Of a DNA stretch of 47,289 nt, positions 33,789 to 43,763 are shown one piece after another. The notes beneath the pieces were generated by a model. The model had not been told where the DNA came from. It saw only the letters and a list, made by a program, of their open reading frames with translations, and did not search any database. Each line of letters begins with the position of its first letter. Position 1 is the first letter of the stretch. A program made the translations under genes and the position numbers. The stretch lies in assembly GCA_045220485.1 (NCBI GenBank), contig JBGUVT010000042.1, positions 1 to 47,289 of the forward strand, read 5' to 3'. Origin of the DNA: Anaerovoracaceae bacterium (GTDB lineage: Bacteria; Bacillota; Clostridia; Peptostreptococcales; Anaerovoracaceae).

Positions 33789-33853
33789 ATTAGTTTTGAG
33801 ACGGGAAATTTCCTGAAAAAGAACAGAAAATCGGGAAATCAGGATAACCAGAC

Positions 33854-33890
33854 AGGAAGACGAAAGTACAATGCTTTCGTCTTCCTTTTA
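33854..33890 (+). terminator. rho-independent terminator
   Basis: AGGAAGACGAAAG (33854-33866) pairs with CTTTCGTCTTCCT (33874-33886), followed by TTT. Confidence 0.8.
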
Positions 33891-33991
33891 ACTTGTTGAG
33901 GAAACCCCTAATAACTTGAAAAAAAGGTGAACCCACTTTAAAATCTTTAAAAAGGGAACTCGAAAAAAAGGGCCGATCCGGGAAAAAATCA

Positions 33992-36900
33992 TTGATCAAG
34001 GACGTACAGACAGTAAAAGAAAAATACTTTATTGGCAGGGCATCGGAAGCAGTGCTTCTTTTTGGCATGGGTCTTTATATATTCGTGAAGGATATAGCCA
34101 GGACCATGATGGATCTTGACCTGCCGGATAAAACAGATGACCTGATCTTTGTTCTTGTACTAGCGGCAGCTGTGATCAGGCTGGCTGTAATGATGATCGA
34201 AAGCAGAGATAATGTGCAGACCCTTCTGAAATATACAGGCGCTGCAGTGCTCGTGGATATTGTTTATATTGCAATATACCAGCATAACCAAAGCAGCAGC
34301 CTGCTCTTTTTTGCTCTTTTTACAGTTGCCACAATAGGTCTTGAGTATACAAAAGTCCTCAAAGCATATGCAGTGGGGGCGGCAATGGTGCTTTTGCCTA
34401 TTATAGTGATGGCATGGATAGGCGCCGTAGATAATCTTGTATATATTCGTGATATGGCAATCAGGAGTGCATGGGGGATAAGATACCCGACTGACCTGAT
34501 TTCCCTGCTGCTTTTCCTGCTGCTGGCAGTCTGGGCGGCGTTCAAAGAGAAGAACGGATTGCTGTTTCTGGTGCCCGGCGCAGCGCTGGTGCTTATGGCT
34601 GACCGTGTGGCTGACAGCAGGACGGGGCTGATGTGCACCCTGCTGTTCATGATCGCTGTACTGGCAGATCACCTTTCGCCGCATCTGAAAATGCCAAAAG
34701 TCAGAAAAGCCGCGGGTATCGCTATGTGCATGGCATTCCCGGCACTTGCTGTCATAACCAACGCTTTGGTGCTGGCATACCGGCACGGGGTGCATATTGC
34801 ACTGAAAATCAACGAATTGATGTCAGACAGACTGGCATTATCATCGGATGCTCTCAGCAAATACGGGATCAGTCTGCTGGGTCAGAAGGCTGATTTCACA
34901 GGCTGGGGTGGTACCACACTTGCTAAACCGGGATATGACTATGTAGATATAAGTTACGTGCTGATCCTGATAAGATTCGGCATCATTGCCCTTGTCATGA
35001 TAAGTGTGCTCTGGGTGCTTATGACACGCAGGGCTCTTAAAACCGGCAATCTCAGGCTCGCAGCAGTTCTGACGCTTATTGCATTAAACTCGGCGGCTGA
35101 GCACCACATAATGAGCTTATACTATGACATCTATCTGGCGATGCCGTTTGCCATACTTGCTGTAAGGGGGAAAGAAGAGACCGGAAGCAGAGCAGAAGCG
35201 GAAGAAAAAGGTATGGTTCCGGGCTGGCAGAAGAGCACTGCGGTCTATGCAGGAGTTGCTGCGGCGCTGGCAGTATTGGCTTCAGCTCTTGTTCTGGCGT
35301 TGCTTCCGGAAGCACGCACGGTCATCACACTCATGCACACAGACGACAGGCCTGAAGGCAAGTTCATGCTGCTTCTTGTTATTGCGGCAGGGCTTTTCTT
35401 TGCCGCCGTGGCACTTTTCTGCGCATATAAGCTGATAACGGGTCTTGTTTTAAAACATGGCAGCGGCAGAAAGAAGCAAATAGCAGCAATAGCAGCATTC
35501 GCGGCAGCAGTAGTTGTTGTTGTCGCCGGCTGCAACCTGATAATTAACAAAGGCGCAGACAGGAAAGCAGATATTGTTGACAGTGAGAGTTCCGTGATCG
35601 AAACCGTGCAGGCCAGTAAGAGCGGAAAACTGTATGTCACTGACATGCCTGAGATATACCAGAAGAAGTATGGCGGGATCAGCAGCTCCCTGTTCAATGG
35701 GGAGGAGCTCGCGAGATATAGAAACATTTCGGTGATCTCCGACCTCCACCTTGATTCACCGTGTTATTTCAACAGAGGTTTCCTCTATACACCGGTCTCA
35801 GATAAGCATTCGCTGTATACCAACGATGAAGAGGTTATAAAGGCGCTGCAGAAGGAGGGCTTCCATCTTACCGGCTATTTCCCTCTCGAATATAACGTGG
35901 ACATGGAGGACCTTGCGGACAGAAATGACCTTGAACAGAACGAAGACGGCAGCATCACCCTCCACGGAGAAAAGGATACGATCCGGAAAGGACCGCGGGC
36001 AGATCTCAGAGAGGGCAGATACACAGTCACGTATGATCTTGCATTGGAGCCGGCTCCGGCAGCGGGTGACAATAGCGAGGCATGCAGGCTTGTCACGACA
36101 TATTACAAAGGTGAGTATCAGGTCAGCGAGACCGTTATCACTAAAGATATGTTTGATGATAACGGCGAATACACGGCCAATGTTATAGTGGAAATGCCGG
36201 ACGCGGAAAACACTGATTTCTGCGTATATCCGGCAGGAGACAGTTCTGTAACGGTCAAAAGCATCAGTTATAAGAAAACTCCGGAGTATGACATTCACAG
36301 TGTATATGACAAAAACGACGTCAAGGTCAGAGAAGAATACTATGATCTTGACGGAGTTCCTTATGACCAGGTCGCCGGCTATTTTGCAAGAGACCTTGAG
36401 TATGATGATTACGGCAATATAAATCACGAGGTTTATTATGATTCTTCCGGCAGCAAGACCCTGATTTCAGCAGGATACTGCGAGGTCAGGAAAACGTATG
36501 ATGATCTGCATCATGTACTGCGCGAGGAATACTACGGAACAGATGGCAGCCGCATCGCGCTGCGGACAAACCAGTCTGCGGTGGAAAGCGCATATGACAG
36601 CGCAGGACATCAGACTGAAGTCCGCTTTTATGGCGTTAATGATGAGCCGGTTGAAATCGGAGAAGACAACTGGGGAGGGTATCACAAGGTAACACGGGTG
36701 TATGATGGCTCCGGCAGAATAATACGTGAGGACTATTTCGATACAGGAGGCAAACCGGCAGTTCTGAAAGAGGGGCTTTCCTCCAAAGCGTATGAGTATG
36801 ATGAGGCCGGCAATATGATCAGTGAAAAATACTTTGATTCAGATAACAAGCCGGTGCTTTGCTCCAACGGATATGCTGAAGTAAGAAGAGAGTTCGATAA

Positions 36901-37270
36901 CTTCGGCAGAGTCATAGTTGAAAAGTACTACGGAACAGATGGAAAACCGGTCTCACTGCCTACAGGGCAGGCATCCGTTCGGTACATGTATAACGAAAGA
37001 GGGTTAATATCGGAATTGGCATACTATGATATGGATGGTCTGCCTGCATTGGTAGAAAGTGATAATTATAAAGGCTATCAAAAAGTAAAGCTCAAGTATG
37101 ATGAACTTGGAAGACTGAGACGGGAAGATTACTATGATACGGAAGGAAATCCTGCTCTTGTCAGAGGAGGTTATGCTTCGAGGGAGCCGATATATAATGA
37201 TACTTCAAATTTGACATTTAACTCCAGGTATTATGATGTGACAGGTAAGGAGATATTTTTTAAGCGTTAA
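33992..37270 (+). CDS. large polytopic membrane protein: O-antigen-ligase/polymerase-like (Wzy_C-type) core fused to a C-terminal YD/RHS-like repeat domain
   Basis: 1092-aa ORF with TTG at 33992 and an alternative ATG at 34067. The first ~520 aa have many TM helices, with LMADRVADSRTGLMCTLLFMIAVL resembling the O-antigen ligase loop. The last ~310 aa carry ~36-aa periodic Y-x-YD-x-x-G ... YY-x-x-DG-x-P units (EYDDYGNINHEVYYDSSGS; YEYDEAGNMISEKYFDSDNKP; KYDELGRLRREDYYDTEGNP). Confidence 0.65.
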   Translation: MIKDVQTVKEKYFIGRASEAVLLFGMGLYIFVKDIARTMMDLDLPDKTDDLIFVLVLAAAVIRLAVMMIESRDNVQTLLKYTGAAVLVDIVYIAIYQHNQSSSLLFFALFTVATIGLEYTKVLKAYAVGAAMVLLPIIVMAWIGAVDNLVYIRDMAIRSAWGIRYPTDLISLLLFLLLAVWAAFKEKNGLLFLVPGAALVLMADRVADSRTGLMCTLLFMIAVLADHLSPHLKMPKVRKAAGIAMCMAFPALAVITNALVLAYRHGVHIALKINELMSDRLALSSDALSKYGISLLGQKADFTGWGGTTLAKPGYDYVDISYVLILIRFGIIALVMISVLWVLMTRRALKTGNLRLAAVLTLIALNSAAEHHIMSLYYDIYLAMPFAILAVRGKEETGSRAEAEEKGMVPGWQKSTAVYAGVAAALAVLASALVLALLPEARTVITLMHTDDRPEGKFMLLLVIAAGLFFAAVALFCAYKLITGLVLKHGSGRKKQIAAIAAFAAAVVVVVAGCNLIINKGADRKADIVDSESSVIETVQASKSGKLYVTDMPEIYQKKYGGISSSLFNGEELARYRNISVISDLHLDSPCYFNRGFLYTPVSDKHSLYTNDEEVIKALQKEGFHLTGYFPLEYNVDMEDLADRNDLEQNEDGSITLHGEKDTIRKGPRADLREGRYTVTYDLALEPAPAAGDNSEACRLVTTYYKGEYQVSETVITKDMFDDNGEYTANVIVEMPDAENTDFCVYPAGDSSVTVKSISYKKTPEYDIHSVYDKNDVKVREEYYDLDGVPYDQVAGYFARDLEYDDYGNINHEVYYDSSGSKTLISAGYCEVRKTYDDLHHVLREEYYGTDGSRIALRTNQSAVESAYDSAGHQTEVRFYGVNDEPVEIGEDNWGGYHKVTRVYDGSGRIIREDYFDTGGKPAVLKEGLSSKAYEYDEAGNMISEKYFDSDNKPVLCSNGYAEVRREFDNFGRVIVEKYYGTDGKPVSLPTGQASVRYMYNERGLISELAYYDMDGLPALVESDNYKGYQKVKLKYDELGRLRREDYYDTEGNPALVRGGYASREPIYNDTSNLTFNSRYYDVTGKEIFFKR

Positions 37271-37398
37271 AGTGCTGAAAAACAGAGTTAAGGGGAAACC
37301 TCACATTTAGGTGTAGATATAGTGAAAAGCTTGAATAAACGGACAAATACCGATACACTTAAAGTAGCTAATTATGACTTGATTAAGGAGCTTACAAA

Positions 37399-38829
37399 TT
37401 GCACGTACAAAACAAATATAGCTGGATAAAGCATGTTGATTTTATAGCGCTTAATCTGCTGGCTCTGATCGCATCTTTTCTGCTTGCGCTGTGGGCGAGA
37501 TTCGGGAACATATCACTGATTCTCAACTCATCATGGCAGGCAGTTCTTGTTGTATTATGCCTTATAAACATAGCGATTACCCTGGCAATAAATCCATACA
37601 GCGGAATACTCAGACGGCCGTACTATGAAGACGCTGCCAAATTGTTCCTGTTAACATTATACAGCTTTATTCTGGTTGCGATTTTCTTCTATCTTCTTAA
37701 GATCGGAGCTGTTTATTCTAGACTTACTTTAGTATTTACTTTCGCTTTCTATTACATTCTGTCCTTCATCTTTCTGTATATTCGCAAGAGCCTTATTCTC
37801 AGCGGAAAAATAAAGCTGAGCAATGTACGCGAAAGGCAGATATTTGCAATCATAAACTACAAGGGCCTTGAGGAATTCATTGAAAGCATTGAATCGGCTG
37901 ATGTCAAGGAATACGGCATTGCAGGTTTCTGCTTCCCTTGTGATGACTGCGAAGAGAAGGAAATCCACGGAGCTCCGGTGATTAAAAAAGAGAAAGTCGT
38001 CGAGTTTGTAGAAAACAACCATATCGATGACGTTCTCATTTCAGTGCCTGTACAGGAATTTGATCCTGCAAGCTACAAGGCACTTGTTGAAAACGGAGTG
38101 AATGTAAATATCGACATAGAATCCATGCTGGGGATACTGACCGATGATCAGTTCATATCTCAGATAGGGGGGCACAATACTCTCAGTGTCGGTCCTTATG
38201 CCATGGACAGCAATCAGGCTTTCTATATGATAATAAAGCGATTCCTCGATATCGTTTTTGGGATCATCGGATGCCTGTTCCTGTTGCCTATGGCGCTGAT
38301 AATCAAAATATCATATCTGATTGCCGGAGACACATCTTCTATCTTCTATACTCACAAGAGAATAGGACAGTTCGGCGAACCGTTTCAGCTGTATAAATTC
38401 AGATCGATGGTTCCGAATGCGGATGAAGTCCTTAAAGAACTCCTGAAAGATCCTGAATATAAAAGGCAGTGGGAACGCAATCAGAAATTCGACAAGGACC
38501 CAAGGATTACTCCGATAGGAAGGTTCCTGAGAAAGACATCTCTTGATGAATTTCCGCAATTCATCAATGTTGTCAAAGGTGAAATGTCCCTCGTAGGACC
38601 GAGGCCGCTTGTTGAAGGAGAGCTCGAGGAGCACAACGGACTGACTCTTTACAATAAAGTAAAACCGGGCATCACAGGCTGGTGGGGCTGCAACGGAAGA
38701 TCCAACATCAATTACAGAGAGCGCCTTGAACTTGAGTACTACTATGTGAAGAATTGCTCGCTGCGTCTGGACCTTCTGATAGTATTCAGAACTGCAGCGT
38801 CAGTGATTAAGAGAGACGGAGCACAATAA
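37399..38829 (+). CDS. polyprenyl-phosphate sugar phosphotransferase (WbaP/EpsL-type initiating enzyme)
   Basis: TTG start with AAGGAG 8 nt upstream. Four N-terminal TM helices, a central domain, then bacterial sugar transferase motifs KRFLDIVFGIIGCLFLLP, PFQLYKFRSM, DEFPQFINVVKGEMSLVGPRP. Confidence 0.85.
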   Translation: MHVQNKYSWIKHVDFIALNLLALIASFLLALWARFGNISLILNSSWQAVLVVLCLINIAITLAINPYSGILRRPYYEDAAKLFLLTLYSFILVAIFFYLLKIGAVYSRLTLVFTFAFYYILSFIFLYIRKSLILSGKIKLSNVRERQIFAIINYKGLEEFIESIESADVKEYGIAGFCFPCDDCEEKEIHGAPVIKKEKVVEFVENNHIDDVLISVPVQEFDPASYKALVENGVNVNIDIESMLGILTDDQFISQIGGHNTLSVGPYAMDSNQAFYMIIKRFLDIVFGIIGCLFLLPMALIIKISYLIAGDTSSIFYTHKRIGQFGEPFQLYKFRSMVPNADEVLKELLKDPEYKRQWERNQKFDKDPRITPIGRFLRKTSLDEFPQFINVVKGEMSLVGPRPLVEGELEEHNGLTLYNKVKPGITGWWGCNGRSNINYRERLELEYYYVKNCSLRLDLLIVFRTAASVIKRDGAQ

Positions 38830-39608
38830 TGAATCCAAAGATAATAATTGCAACCCATAAGAAATACAGGATGCCCGAAGACAGGCTCTATCTGCCGCTG
38901 CATGTCGGAGCAGAGGGTAAGACGGATGAAAACGGCGCTCCGCTGGACCTCGGATATATCAAGGACAATACAGGCGATAATATCAGCCTGAAGAATAAAA
39001 ACTTTTGTGAACTGACGGGTCTGTACTGGGCATGGAAGAATCTTGATGCTGACTGTATCGGACTGGCTCATTACCGCAGACACTTTACGGTAAGACGCAG
39101 CAAGGACAAGTGGGAAAGACCTCTCACAGATCAGGAGCTCAGAAAACTATTGGAAAAGAATGATGTGATCCTGCCAAAGAAAAGGAACTACTTCATTGAA
39201 ACCAACTACAATCAATACGTCCATGCGCATCACGCCATAGACCTTGAAACTACAAGGCAGATAATAGCAGAGCATTGTCCTGAATATCTTGAGGCATATG
39301 ACAGGAGCATGAAGCGTACCACGGGGCACCGGTTCAACATGTTCATCATGAAGAGAGATAAGTTCGATGCTTATTGCGAGTGGCTGTTCGATATTCTGTT
39401 TGAGCTTGAGAACCGCCTTGACATATCCGAATACAGCGCATATGACGCAAGGGTATTCGGCTTCGTGAGCGAGAGGCTGCTGGATCCATGGCTGGAGACT
39501 AACAATATCAAGTATAAAGAGATTCCTTACGTCTTTATGGAGAAACAGAACTGGCTTGTTAAAGGCGGGGCTTTTCTTAAACGCAAATTCGGAGAAAAGA
39601 AGAAATAA
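38829..39608 (+). CDS. DUF4422-family putative glycosyltransferase
   Basis: The start overlaps the upstream TAA by 1 nt. IIIATHKKYRMPEDRLYLPLHVGAEGK ... DNTGDNISLKNKNFCELTGLYWAWKN ... IGLAHYRRHF matches the DUF4422 pattern common in capsule/EPS loci. Confidence 0.7.
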   Translation: MNPKIIIATHKKYRMPEDRLYLPLHVGAEGKTDENGAPLDLGYIKDNTGDNISLKNKNFCELTGLYWAWKNLDADCIGLAHYRRHFTVRRSKDKWERPLTDQELRKLLEKNDVILPKKRNYFIETNYNQYVHAHHAIDLETTRQIIAEHCPEYLEAYDRSMKRTTGHRFNMFIMKRDKFDAYCEWLFDILFELENRLDISEYSAYDARVFGFVSERLLDPWLETNNIKYKEIPYVFMEKQNWLVKGGAFLKRKFGEKKK

Positions 39609-39670
39609 CTGAAACCGGGAATAAAAAGAGAATAGAATGGATAGATTGCGCTAAAGGAATAGCGATTCTG

Positions 39671-40693
39671 TTGGTGATAGTTGGTCATACTGTCGCTCCC
39701 AATTACGGAAAACAGGGGTTGTTGCGAGGTTTGATATTCTCTTTTCATATGCCTTTGTTTTTTCTCCTTTCCGGGATGACGACAAAATTATCTCTGGATG
39801 CCGACCAATTTTTGAACAGAACCGGGAAGTCCTTCAGAAGGCTGATCATTCCGGCTTTAATAACATACTTCTTTATCTGTATAGGAAACCTTGTCAGATA
39901 TGGGATGGACACAGGGCTGAAGCAATATTTTGCAGACAGGATCAATGCCATGGTCTATTTCAGCGGAGATGCTGTTGTTTCAGTAAATGCACCAGCTGTT
40001 GGTGCGGTATGGTTTTTGGTTGCATTGTTTTTTGGCAGGACGTTCTATGACTATCTGGCGTTGAGGTTTAACAGGAATGTTTTATACTCTGTATGTGTGA
40101 TAGGGGCATGCGGAGGGCTGTGCTTTGCAAAAATACAGTGGCTTCCATTCTCCTTCGACGTAGTTCTTGTCATTATGCCGTTCATTATGATGGGCCAGCT
40201 GGCAAGAGAGAAACTGCTGACACCGGATGCGGACAGCAATAACGCTTTGATAAACCGGATCAGGAGCAAAAACCAGCCCGTCATTTTATCTGTTATATGC
40301 ATTTTCCTTGCAGTACTCTGGGCTGTGCTGTTCCTGTTTATATATAAATCAAGTGGCCAGTATTTCGAACTGGCCATAAGAAGATATCCATTTCCGCTGT
40401 TAAGCTACTTATGCGCTTTTCTGGGAATTGCTGCTGCATGTACTGCCAGCGCGCTGATTGTTCACTTAAAACATATATCCCGGGCATTGATTTATCTTGG
40501 CAATCAATCAATGGTTGTGTATCTGATACATGTTGTAGACGGATGGTGGTTCAGGCTATGGGGAGTACCAAGTGTAGGCGGTAGAATAATACTGAGAACC
40601 GCGATAGACCTATGTCTTACAGTGATAATAATCATAGTTATCAATAAAATAAAAAACTACAGAAGAAGGAAAGATGCCATTAGCCATGAATAA
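39671..40693 (+). CDS. acyltransferase family 3 membrane protein (polysaccharide O-acyltransferase); start codon uncertain
   Basis: About ten TM helices. The first canonical start is TTG 39671, but the frame is open from 39581. The conserved N-terminus KKRIEWIDCAKGIAILLVIVGHT lies upstream of that start (see findings). Confidence 0.7.
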   Translation: MVIVGHTVAPNYGKQGLLRGLIFSFHMPLFFLLSGMTTKLSLDADQFLNRTGKSFRRLIIPALITYFFICIGNLVRYGMDTGLKQYFADRINAMVYFSGDAVVSVNAPAVGAVWFLVALFFGRTFYDYLALRFNRNVLYSVCVIGACGGLCFAKIQWLPFSFDVVLVIMPFIMMGQLAREKLLTPDADSNNALINRIRSKNQPVILSVICIFLAVLWAVLFLFIYKSSGQYFELAIRRYPFPLLSYLCAFLGIAAACTASALIVHLKHISRALIYLGNQSMVVYLIHVVDGWWFRLWGVPSVGGRIILRTAIDLCLTVIIIIVINKIKNYRRRKDAISHE

Positions 40694-41576
40694 CATTGCA
40701 ACAGTAGTCGTAACATATAATAGAAAAACTTTGCTTCAGGAAAACCTTCAGCATCTGCTTGACCAGACATATGACGGATTTGACATTCTTGTAGTAGATA
40801 ATCACAGCACAGACGGAACGAAAGATGCGATTGCTTCCTATTTACAGAATGAACGTATCGTTTATTACGATACCGGCAGCAATCTGGGCGGAGCAGGCGG
40901 TTTCCAGTATGGATTAAAAAAGGCTGTTGAGTCAGGATACGATTATATCTGGCTGATGGATGATGACAGCCTGCCTACCGAAACAGCTCTGGAGGAACTG
41001 GTAAAAGCAAACGATGATTATAACGGTGAGGAAGGCTTCTTATCGAGCAAAGTAATATGGACGGATGGCGAGATCTGCAATATGAATATCCAGCGTCTGT
41101 CTGCAACAAAGAAGGTAAAGGACTTCTCCGCTCCGCGGATTCCAATCGTTGTAGCCTCTTTTGTATCATTGTTCGTTCCTGCAAAGGTAATCAGAGATGT
41201 AGGGCTGCCGTTCAAGGAATTCTTCATATGGACTGATGACTGGGAATATACAAAGCGTATAGCAAACAAGTATCCTTGCTATCTTGTAACAGACAGTGTG
41301 GTAGTACACAAAACGGCATCCAATACAGGGTCAAATATCGCACTTGATTCTGAGGAACGGCTTGGGCGGTATAAATACGCTTATCGTAACGAAATGTATT
41401 TCTACAAAAGAGAAGGTGTCAAAGGCGTTCTCTACTATGGAGCGAAAGTGCTTCTTCACAGCTACAGAGTAATAAGATACGCACCTGCAAATAAGAAAGA
41501 GCGACTGAAAATTATTTACTCCAATGCTGTTAAAGGTTTATCGTTTGACCCTTCGGTAGAGTATCCGGAGAAATAA
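40674..41576 (+). CDS. family 2 glycosyltransferase
   Basis: VVVTYNRKTLLQENLQHLLDQTYDGFDILVVDNHSTDGT and the acidic motif LMDDDSLP. Alternative start at ATG 40686. It overlaps the upstream gene by 20 nt if 40674 is used. Confidence 0.85.
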   Translation: MPLAMNNIATVVVTYNRKTLLQENLQHLLDQTYDGFDILVVDNHSTDGTKDAIASYLQNERIVYYDTGSNLGGAGGFQYGLKKAVESGYDYIWLMDDDSLPTETALEELVKANDDYNGEEGFLSSKVIWTDGEICNMNIQRLSATKKVKDFSAPRIPIVVASFVSLFVPAKVIRDVGLPFKEFFIWTDDWEYTKRIANKYPCYLVTDSVVVHKTASNTGSNIALDSEERLGRYKYAYRNEMYFYKREGVKGVLYYGAKVLLHSYRVIRYAPANKKERLKIIYSNAVKGLSFDPSVEYPEK

Positions 41577-41595
41577 AGAAGAAAGCTGTAAATCT

Positions 41596-42702
41596 ATGAA
41601 AGTTTTGGAACTTACAGGAGAACCGATCCTGCATGGCGGGCAGGAGCGGTTTATAAGCAATTTAATAGAGAACTATAACTATGATGATACAGTGATCGAT
41701 GTGTTGTCCCCTTATAATGTCGACAACAATACATTTTGCGAACTGGTAAGCAGCCGCGGAGGAAAGGTCTATAATCTGGGCTTTGACTTCAGGCCGGGGC
41801 AAAGCAGGCGTGAAATCATAAAACCTTTAAGGGCATTTTTGAGTAATGGAAATTATTCCGTCGTCCATGTTCATTCAGGTTCCATTTCGATCCTTGCTTA
41901 TTCCGCTTATGTGGCAAAACGGGCGGGAGTGAAAAATGTATTGGTGCATTCTCATAGTACCGGAATACAGAACCTTAAGCATAAAGCAGTTAAATTAGCA
42001 TTTGGAGGAATGCTGAAACGCTATACAGATCATTTCCTGGCCTGCTCCCTGGAAGCCGGACTTGCAAAATACCCGGCAAGTGTCATCAGAAAGAACCTTA
42101 CTGTAATCAAGAACGGAGTTAAGGTATCCGACTATCTGGTTGATCCTGATGAGAGGAAAACGGTACGGAATGAGCTTGGATTATCTGACTCAGACTATGT
42201 AATCGGGCACGTTGGAAGGTTTTCAGAAGAGAAAAACCATAAATTTCTGATAGACATCTTCCGGGAGATTAAGAGCAGCTGCAAGTCGGCTAAACTGCTC
42301 CTCGTTGGAGATGGGGAGATGTTTGATGAGGTAAAAAAGTATTCTTCCGATTTAAAAGATGAAATTGTCTTTACCGGAAATGTGGACAATGTTCAGAAGT
42401 ACTACATGGCGATGGATATATTTGTTTTACCTTCCATTCATGAGGGGCTCCCGTTTGTACTGGTTGAAGCTCAGGCTGCCGGACTTCCTTGCATAATGTC
42501 GACAGGTGTCAGCGAGGAAGCGGTGATAGGGGCAAATGTACACAGGATCTCTCTGGATGACAGGAATAAATGGATCGATCTGATCCTGAAACTCAGAGAA
42601 GTGGGCTTTTCGGACAATACAAAAGCAATCACAGACGCCGGGTTTGATATTGGAACTACAATTTCACAGATTAGAAAGCTATATAATGACAGGATGGAGT
42701 AG
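41596..42702 (+). CDS. GT-B glycosyltransferase (family 4 / GT1-like)
   Basis: 368 aa. C-terminal signature PSIHEGLPFVLVEAQAAGLPCIMS (E-x7-E). Confidence 0.85.
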   Translation: MKVLELTGEPILHGGQERFISNLIENYNYDDTVIDVLSPYNVDNNTFCELVSSRGGKVYNLGFDFRPGQSRREIIKPLRAFLSNGNYSVVHVHSGSISILAYSAYVAKRAGVKNVLVHSHSTGIQNLKHKAVKLAFGGMLKRYTDHFLACSLEAGLAKYPASVIRKNLTVIKNGVKVSDYLVDPDERKTVRNELGLSDSDYVIGHVGRFSEEKNHKFLIDIFREIKSSCKSAKLLLVGDGEMFDEVKKYSSDLKDEIVFTGNVDNVQKYYMAMDIFVLPSIHEGLPFVLVEAQAAGLPCIMSTGVSEEAVIGANVHRISLDDRNKWIDLILKLREVGFSDNTKAITDAGFDIGTTISQIRKLYNDRME

Positions 42703-42710
42703 ATACTGAT

Positions 42711-43730
42711 ATGCACAGAAAAAAAGTATTAAGTGTTTCGATTGCTTCATATAATGTTGAAAGCTATTTGGAAAACACAGTTCTTTCGATTGTCTCCCAA
42801 CCGGAGATACTGGAAGCAATTGAAATAATAGTTGTGAATGATGGGTCAAAAGACAAAACATCAGAGATAGCGCATGGACTTGAGGCAAAGTACCCGGATA
42901 CAGTCGTTGTCGTTGACAAGCCAAATGGCGGCTATGGATCAACTATCAATGCATCTCTCGAAATTGCCAGAGGCAAGTATTATAAACTGCTGGACGGAGA
43001 TGACTGGTATGAAAGTGAAAACCTGCCTGATTTCGCAGCATTTCTGGAGTCCTGTGAATCGGACATAGTTGTCTCTCCATACTATGAGGTGTACGAAGGC
43101 ACTAATGAAAAAGTCCTGAATAACAGACATGAAGAAATTCCTGAGACGGGATGTATGATAAAAGATCTTTCTCTGGACGACATTCTGTTTGCAATGCATG
43201 AGATCGCTGTCAAAACAGACACACTGAGAAATTTTGGAAAGGGAATCACGGAGAAATGCTTTTACACAGATGCCGAGTATGTAGCCTTCTGTATGATTGA
43301 AGCTGAAACGATTTCCAGATTCGGCAAACCGGTGTATTGCTACAGGCTGGGGCTTGAAGGTCAGAGTGTCAGTCTGACCGGAACAAGGAAACATTACAAA
43401 GATCTGCCTGTTGTGGCGAAAAGCATTTTTTCATCCTACGAGGAGAACCGTGAAAAACTGCTGGGCGAGAAGCAGAGGATAATAGAAAGAATAGTTTCAC
43501 TGATTGCGTATAACACATACAGGGCTTACATGTTGCTGGAGAACCCTGTAAGTAAGCGCAGGGAGCTTATAAACTTTGACAAATCGGTTGAAAAGAGCAC
43601 TCCGGAAGCATATGCGATATCAGGAAAGAGCTCAATGATCCGATTCCTCAGAAAGTTTGGGTTCAGGCCGTACAGGCTGCTGTGCGCATATACAATGAAG
43701 CGCTTCATCAAAGAAAACCAAAGCAAATAA
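42711..43730 (+). CDS. family 2 glycosyltransferase
   Basis: LSVSIASYNVESYLENTVLSIVSQ ... IIVVNDGSKDKT and the DxD-type motif LLDGDDW. Confidence 0.85.
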   Translation: MHRKKVLSVSIASYNVESYLENTVLSIVSQPEILEAIEIIVVNDGSKDKTSEIAHGLEAKYPDTVVVVDKPNGGYGSTINASLEIARGKYYKLLDGDDWYESENLPDFAAFLESCESDIVVSPYYEVYEGTNEKVLNNRHEEIPETGCMIKDLSLDDILFAMHEIAVKTDTLRNFGKGITEKCFYTDAEYVAFCMIEAETISRFGKPVYCYRLGLEGQSVSLTGTRKHYKDLPVVAKSIFSSYEENREKLLGEKQRIIERIVSLIAYNTYRAYMLLENPVSKRRELINFDKSVEKSTPEAYAISGKSSMIRFLRKFGFRPYRLLCAYTMKRFIKENQSK

Positions 43731-43763
43731 AGTTGCTGATTATTTAAAGGAGACCGGACCCTC

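Noticed and set aside
36331-37267. Rhs/YD polymorphic toxin
   Set aside because: The repeats are the C-terminus of a polytopic membrane protein. No Rhs core or PxxxxDPxGL-type cleavage motif follows them, and there is no C-terminal toxin tip or downstream immunity-like small gene.
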